In this document: in pieces, positions 9,338 to 11,775 of the stretch
Position numbering within the stretch: the stretch's first letter is position 1
Layout: each line of letters starts with the position of its first letter
Assembly (NCBI GenBank): GCA_046262595.1
Contig: JBHEMM010000026.1
Coordinates: 14,929-26,703 of the forward strand
Reading direction: 5' to 3'
Source: Vulcanimicrobiaceae bacterium
GTDB lineage: Bacteria; Vulcanimicrobiota; Vulcanimicrobiia; Vulcanimicrobiales; Vulcanimicrobiaceae
Length of the DNA stretch: 11,775 nucleotides
Program-made: the position numbers and the translations under genes
The notes under the pieces: generated by a model
What the model saw: the letters and a program-made list of their open reading frames with translations, nothing else
The model's database searches: none
Told to the model about the DNA's origin: nothing

Positions 9338-10006
9338 ATGGATCTCCTGCAGTTGGCCGACGCCCCGTTCGTGAGCGGATTGTTATTAACAGTCGGCCTC
9401 TTTGGCTTGCTTTTGGAGATGCAGACGCTCCACGGCATTGCGGGACTCGTCGGCGTAGTGGCGTTGGTGCTGTTTTTCGTGGCGCACATCGCGACGGGCG
9501 GCGCCGGCATCTTCGTCGCGGTTCTTGCGGTCGCCGGTCTGATGTTGATCCTCTATGAATTGCACGTCGTTCCGGGCCACGGTTTTCCGGGAATTGTAGG
9601 CGCATGCGTCCTCTTTGCCTCGATGCTGCTCGCGTTTGGTCCGATCGGCGCCGCCGCATTCTTCGTCGCCATGCAGACGGTTGCGAGCGCCATCATCGCA
9701 ACGATCGTCTTGTTCTATTTCGCAACGCGCGCCTTTCCGCAGAACGCTTGGATGCAGAAATTAACGTTTGCCGGCGCGCAGGGCGCCGAATACGTGACGA
9801 GCGGCGATTATACGCACCTGCGCGGAAGAACCGGCATGGCGGTTTCGTATCTGCGTCCGGCCGGCGTCGCGCAGATCGGCGACCAGCGCGTCGACGTGCT
9901 CACGTCCGGCGAGTTCATCCCGGCCGGCACGCCGGTCCGCATCACGCGCATCGAGGGCGCCCGCATCTTCGTCGAACCGTCCGAGCTCCCGAGCTTTAAG
10001 GAGTAA
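9338..10006 (+). CDS. NfeD-family membrane protein (membrane domain + C-terminal OB fold, no protease domain)
   Basis: About five hydrophobic segments with [16 protein letters not shown]-terminal [52 protein letters not shown] is the NfeD OB domain. Lies upstream of floA. Confidence 0.92.
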   Translation: MDLLQLADAPFVSGLLLTVGLFGLLLEMQTLHGIAGLVGVVALVLFFVAHIATGGAGIFVAVLAVAGLMLILYELHVVPGHGFPGIVGACVLFASMLLAFGPIGAAAFFVAMQTVASAIIATIVLFYFATRAFPQNAWMQKLTFAGAQGAEYVTSGDYTHLRGRTGMAVSYLRPAGVAQIGDQRVDVLTSGEFIPAGTPVRITRIEGARIFVEPSELPSFKE

Positions 10007-10013
10007 CCCGTTC

Positions 10014-11036
10014 ATGGCAATCACTTTCGGAGTCGCGATCATCTTTTTCATCGCGGTCGTTGTGTTCTTTACATTCCTGTATTACTTTCCGCTCGGGCTT
10101 TGGTTCAGTGCGGTTGCTGCAGGGGTACCGCTCTCGATGTTCTCGCTGATCCGTATGCGGCTCATGCGCGTACCGCCGAGCCTGATCGTCACGAATCTCA
10201 TTACCGCCCGGAAAGCCGGCCTGCCGCTGACGGTCGATCAGTTACAATCGCACTACATGGCCGGCGGCAATATCGAGAACGTCGTGCGCGCGATGATCGC
10301 GGCGCAGCGTGCGCAGATTCCGCTCGAATGGCAACGCGCCGCCGCAATCGATTTAGCAGGACGCAACGTGCTCGAAGCGCTTCAAACCTCGGTCAATCCG
10401 AAAGTGATCGAAACGCCGATCTTTCAGGGCGTCGCGCAGAACGGTATTCAGCTCAACGTCAAGGCCCGGATCACCGTTCGCAGCAATCTGGACCGCTACG
10501 TGGGCGGCGCGGGTGAACCGACGATCGTCGCGCGCGTTGGCGAAGGCGTGGTCTCTGCGGTCGGTGCCGCTATCGATCATAAAGAGGTGCTTGAGTACCC
10601 CGATCGCATCAGTAAAGCGGTTTTAGCCAAAGGGCTGGATGCCGGCACCGCGTTCGAGATCGTTTCCATCGACATCGCCGACGTGGACGTCGGCAAGAAT
10701 ATCGGCGCGGAGCTGCAGATGTCGCAGGCCGAAGCCGACCGCCGGATCGCGCAGGCAAAGGCTTCGGAACGGCAATACGCCGCCATGGCGGCCGAACAGG
10801 AACAAAAGGCGGAAACCCAAGCGATGCGCGCGCGTGTGGTCGAGGCGGAGGCCTCGGTTCCTCAAGCGATCGCGCAGGCATTCCGCAGCGGTAATTTGGG
10901 CATTATGGATTATTACCGCATGAAAAACATCCAAGCCGATTCCGACATGCGCGGTTCGATCTCCACATCGGTTTCCAAAGACACGGGCGACCAAATGACG
11001 CCGCCTTCCCCGCCCGGCGGTCCCGGGGGGTCGTAG
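10014..11036 (+). CDS. floA: Flotillin-like protein FloA (YqfA/UPF0365)
   Basis: SD AAGGAG at 9998-10003. N-terminal TM segment. Motifs [80 protein letters not shown] and [13 protein letters not shown]. Confidence 0.96.
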   Translation: MAITFGVAIIFFIAVVVFFTFLYYFPLGLWFSAVAAGVPLSMFSLIRMRLMRVPPSLIVTNLITARKAGLPLTVDQLQSHYMAGGNIENVVRAMIAAQRAQIPLEWQRAAAIDLAGRNVLEALQTSVNPKVIETPIFQGVAQNGIQLNVKARITVRSNLDRYVGGAGEPTIVARVGEGVVSAVGAAIDHKEVLEYPDRISKAVLAKGLDAGTAFEIVSIDIADVDVGKNIGAELQMSQAEADRRIAQAKASERQYAAMAAEQEQKAETQAMRARVVEAEASVPQAIAQAFRSGNLGIMDYYRMKNIQADSDMRGSISTSVSKDTGDQMTPPSPPGGPGGS

Positions 11037-11037
11037 C

Positions 11038-11361
11038 ATGAACACGATCCTGGGAATGCTCGAATTGGCCGCCGAGCTCAAAAAACAAGCGCAGCAGCGC
11101 GATGCCTCCGGATCGACGTTTTCGCCGCCGCCGCGCGGCCCGGTGCCGAAACCGGTAAACGCCGCACCGCCGGCACCGGCCGCGCCGAAGACTGCATCGC
11201 GGGCGGAGCGCTTGCAGCAGGCGCCGGTTCCAGGCGGCCTGCAGGGGTTATTTGAGGATGGGAACACTCTATTGCGGGCAATTGTCGCAAGCGAAGTGTT
11301 GGCGCCGCCGCGGGCGCTGCGGGAGAACGTCCTCTGGAGTCTGGAACCGAACGAGCCGTAG
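11038..11361 (+). CDS. Hypothetical Pro/Ala-rich protein, YqfB-like
   Basis: Starts 1 nt after the floA stop. C-terminal LLRAIVASEVLAPPRALR resembles the 'I..SE(I/V)LgpP' motif of proteins encoded downstream of floA (YqfB position). Confidence 0.7.
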   Translation: MNTILGMLELAAELKKQAQQRDASGSTFSPPPRGPVPKPVNAAPPAPAAPKTASRAERLQQAPVPGGLQGLFEDGNTLLRAIVASEVLAPPRALRENVLWSLEPNEP

Positions 11362-11775
11362 ACCTAAGCACGCTGGACGATCATTTCCGCCTGTTCGGAA
11401 AATTCGATCAAAATCTCTCGGCGCTCGAGGATGCCCTCTCGGTTTCGCTGCACGTTGACGGCAACCGCCTTGTGGTGCACGGCGCGGGCCGCGCCGCCGA
11501 ACAAGCGCAGCACGTGCTCGCGCGCATGCTTGAAGCGGCCGTGGCCGGTTCTCACGTGACGCCCGACGACGTTGCGCTCGCAACGTCAGACGTGCAGCGC
11601 GGCAAAGCGCAGCAGCCGCTTCCGCAAACGTTGTTCCGGTCGCATCGCGGCCGCGAAATCCGTCCGAAGACGGCCGGCCAGCGGGCGCTCGTGGAGTCGA
11701 TCGAATCGAATACGCTCACGTTCGGGATCGGTCCAGCAGGCACGGGCAAAACCTTTCTCGCCGTCGTCATGGCGG
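11334..11775 (+). CDS. phoH: PhoH-family ATPase (3'-truncated; probable CTG start)
   Basis: Manual translation: (L)ESGTERAVDLSTLDDHFRLFGKFDQNLSALEDALSVSLHVDGNRL...REIRPKTAGQRALVESIESNTLTFGIGPAGTGKTFLAVVMA. Walker A GPAGTGKT at 11730-11753. The ORF runs off the window end and the start codon is inferred. Confidence 0.93.
   Translation, partial: MESGTERAVDLSTLDDHFRLFGKFDQNLSALEDALSVSLHVDGNRLVVHGAGRAAEQAQHVLARMLEAAVAGSHVTPDDVALATSDVQRGKAQQPLPQTLFRSHRGREIRPKTAGQRALVESIESNTLTFGIGPAGTGKTFLAVVMA

Noticed and set aside
9269..9340. yqeY and nfeD are in the same frame with only one TAA between them (possible readthrough fusion)
   Set aside because: TAA is a poor readthrough codon, both proteins look complete at their own termini, and a 22-codon stop-free gap is expected by chance in GC-rich DNA.

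Overview
High-GC bacterial chromosomal segment in which every credible gene is on the + strand. Order: prfA (5'-truncated) - prmC - pyrG - GT2 glycosyltransferase (WaaE/KdtX-like) - GT4 glycosyltransferase - secreted multidomain protein (copper-amine-oxidase N-terminal/'stalk'-like domain plus beta-rich repeats) - HIT/HinT protein - ~300-nt structured intergenic region - lipoprotein S53 (sedolisin-like) peptidase - intrinsic terminator - rpsU (missed by the ORF track) - yqeY - short NfeD - floA (yqfA) - YqfB-like protein - phoH (3'-truncated, missed by the ORF track). The hit-rpsU-yqeY-nfeD-floA-yqfB-phoH order is Bacillota-like but lacks yqfC/yqfD. Together with an LPS-type glycosyltransferase, this suggests a non-sporulating diderm Terrabacteria lineage such as Vulcanimicrobiota/Eremiobacterota or Armatimonadota (inference only). 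The window is mostly housekeeping and I see no mobile element, CRISPR array or defence system. The best leads are a ~185-nt rod-like fold-back with competing hairpins upstream of the S53 peptidase, a probable CTG start for phoH, an ECF-type promoter that would make a protease-less nfeD leaderless, and the peptidase cassette sitting between hit and rpsU.
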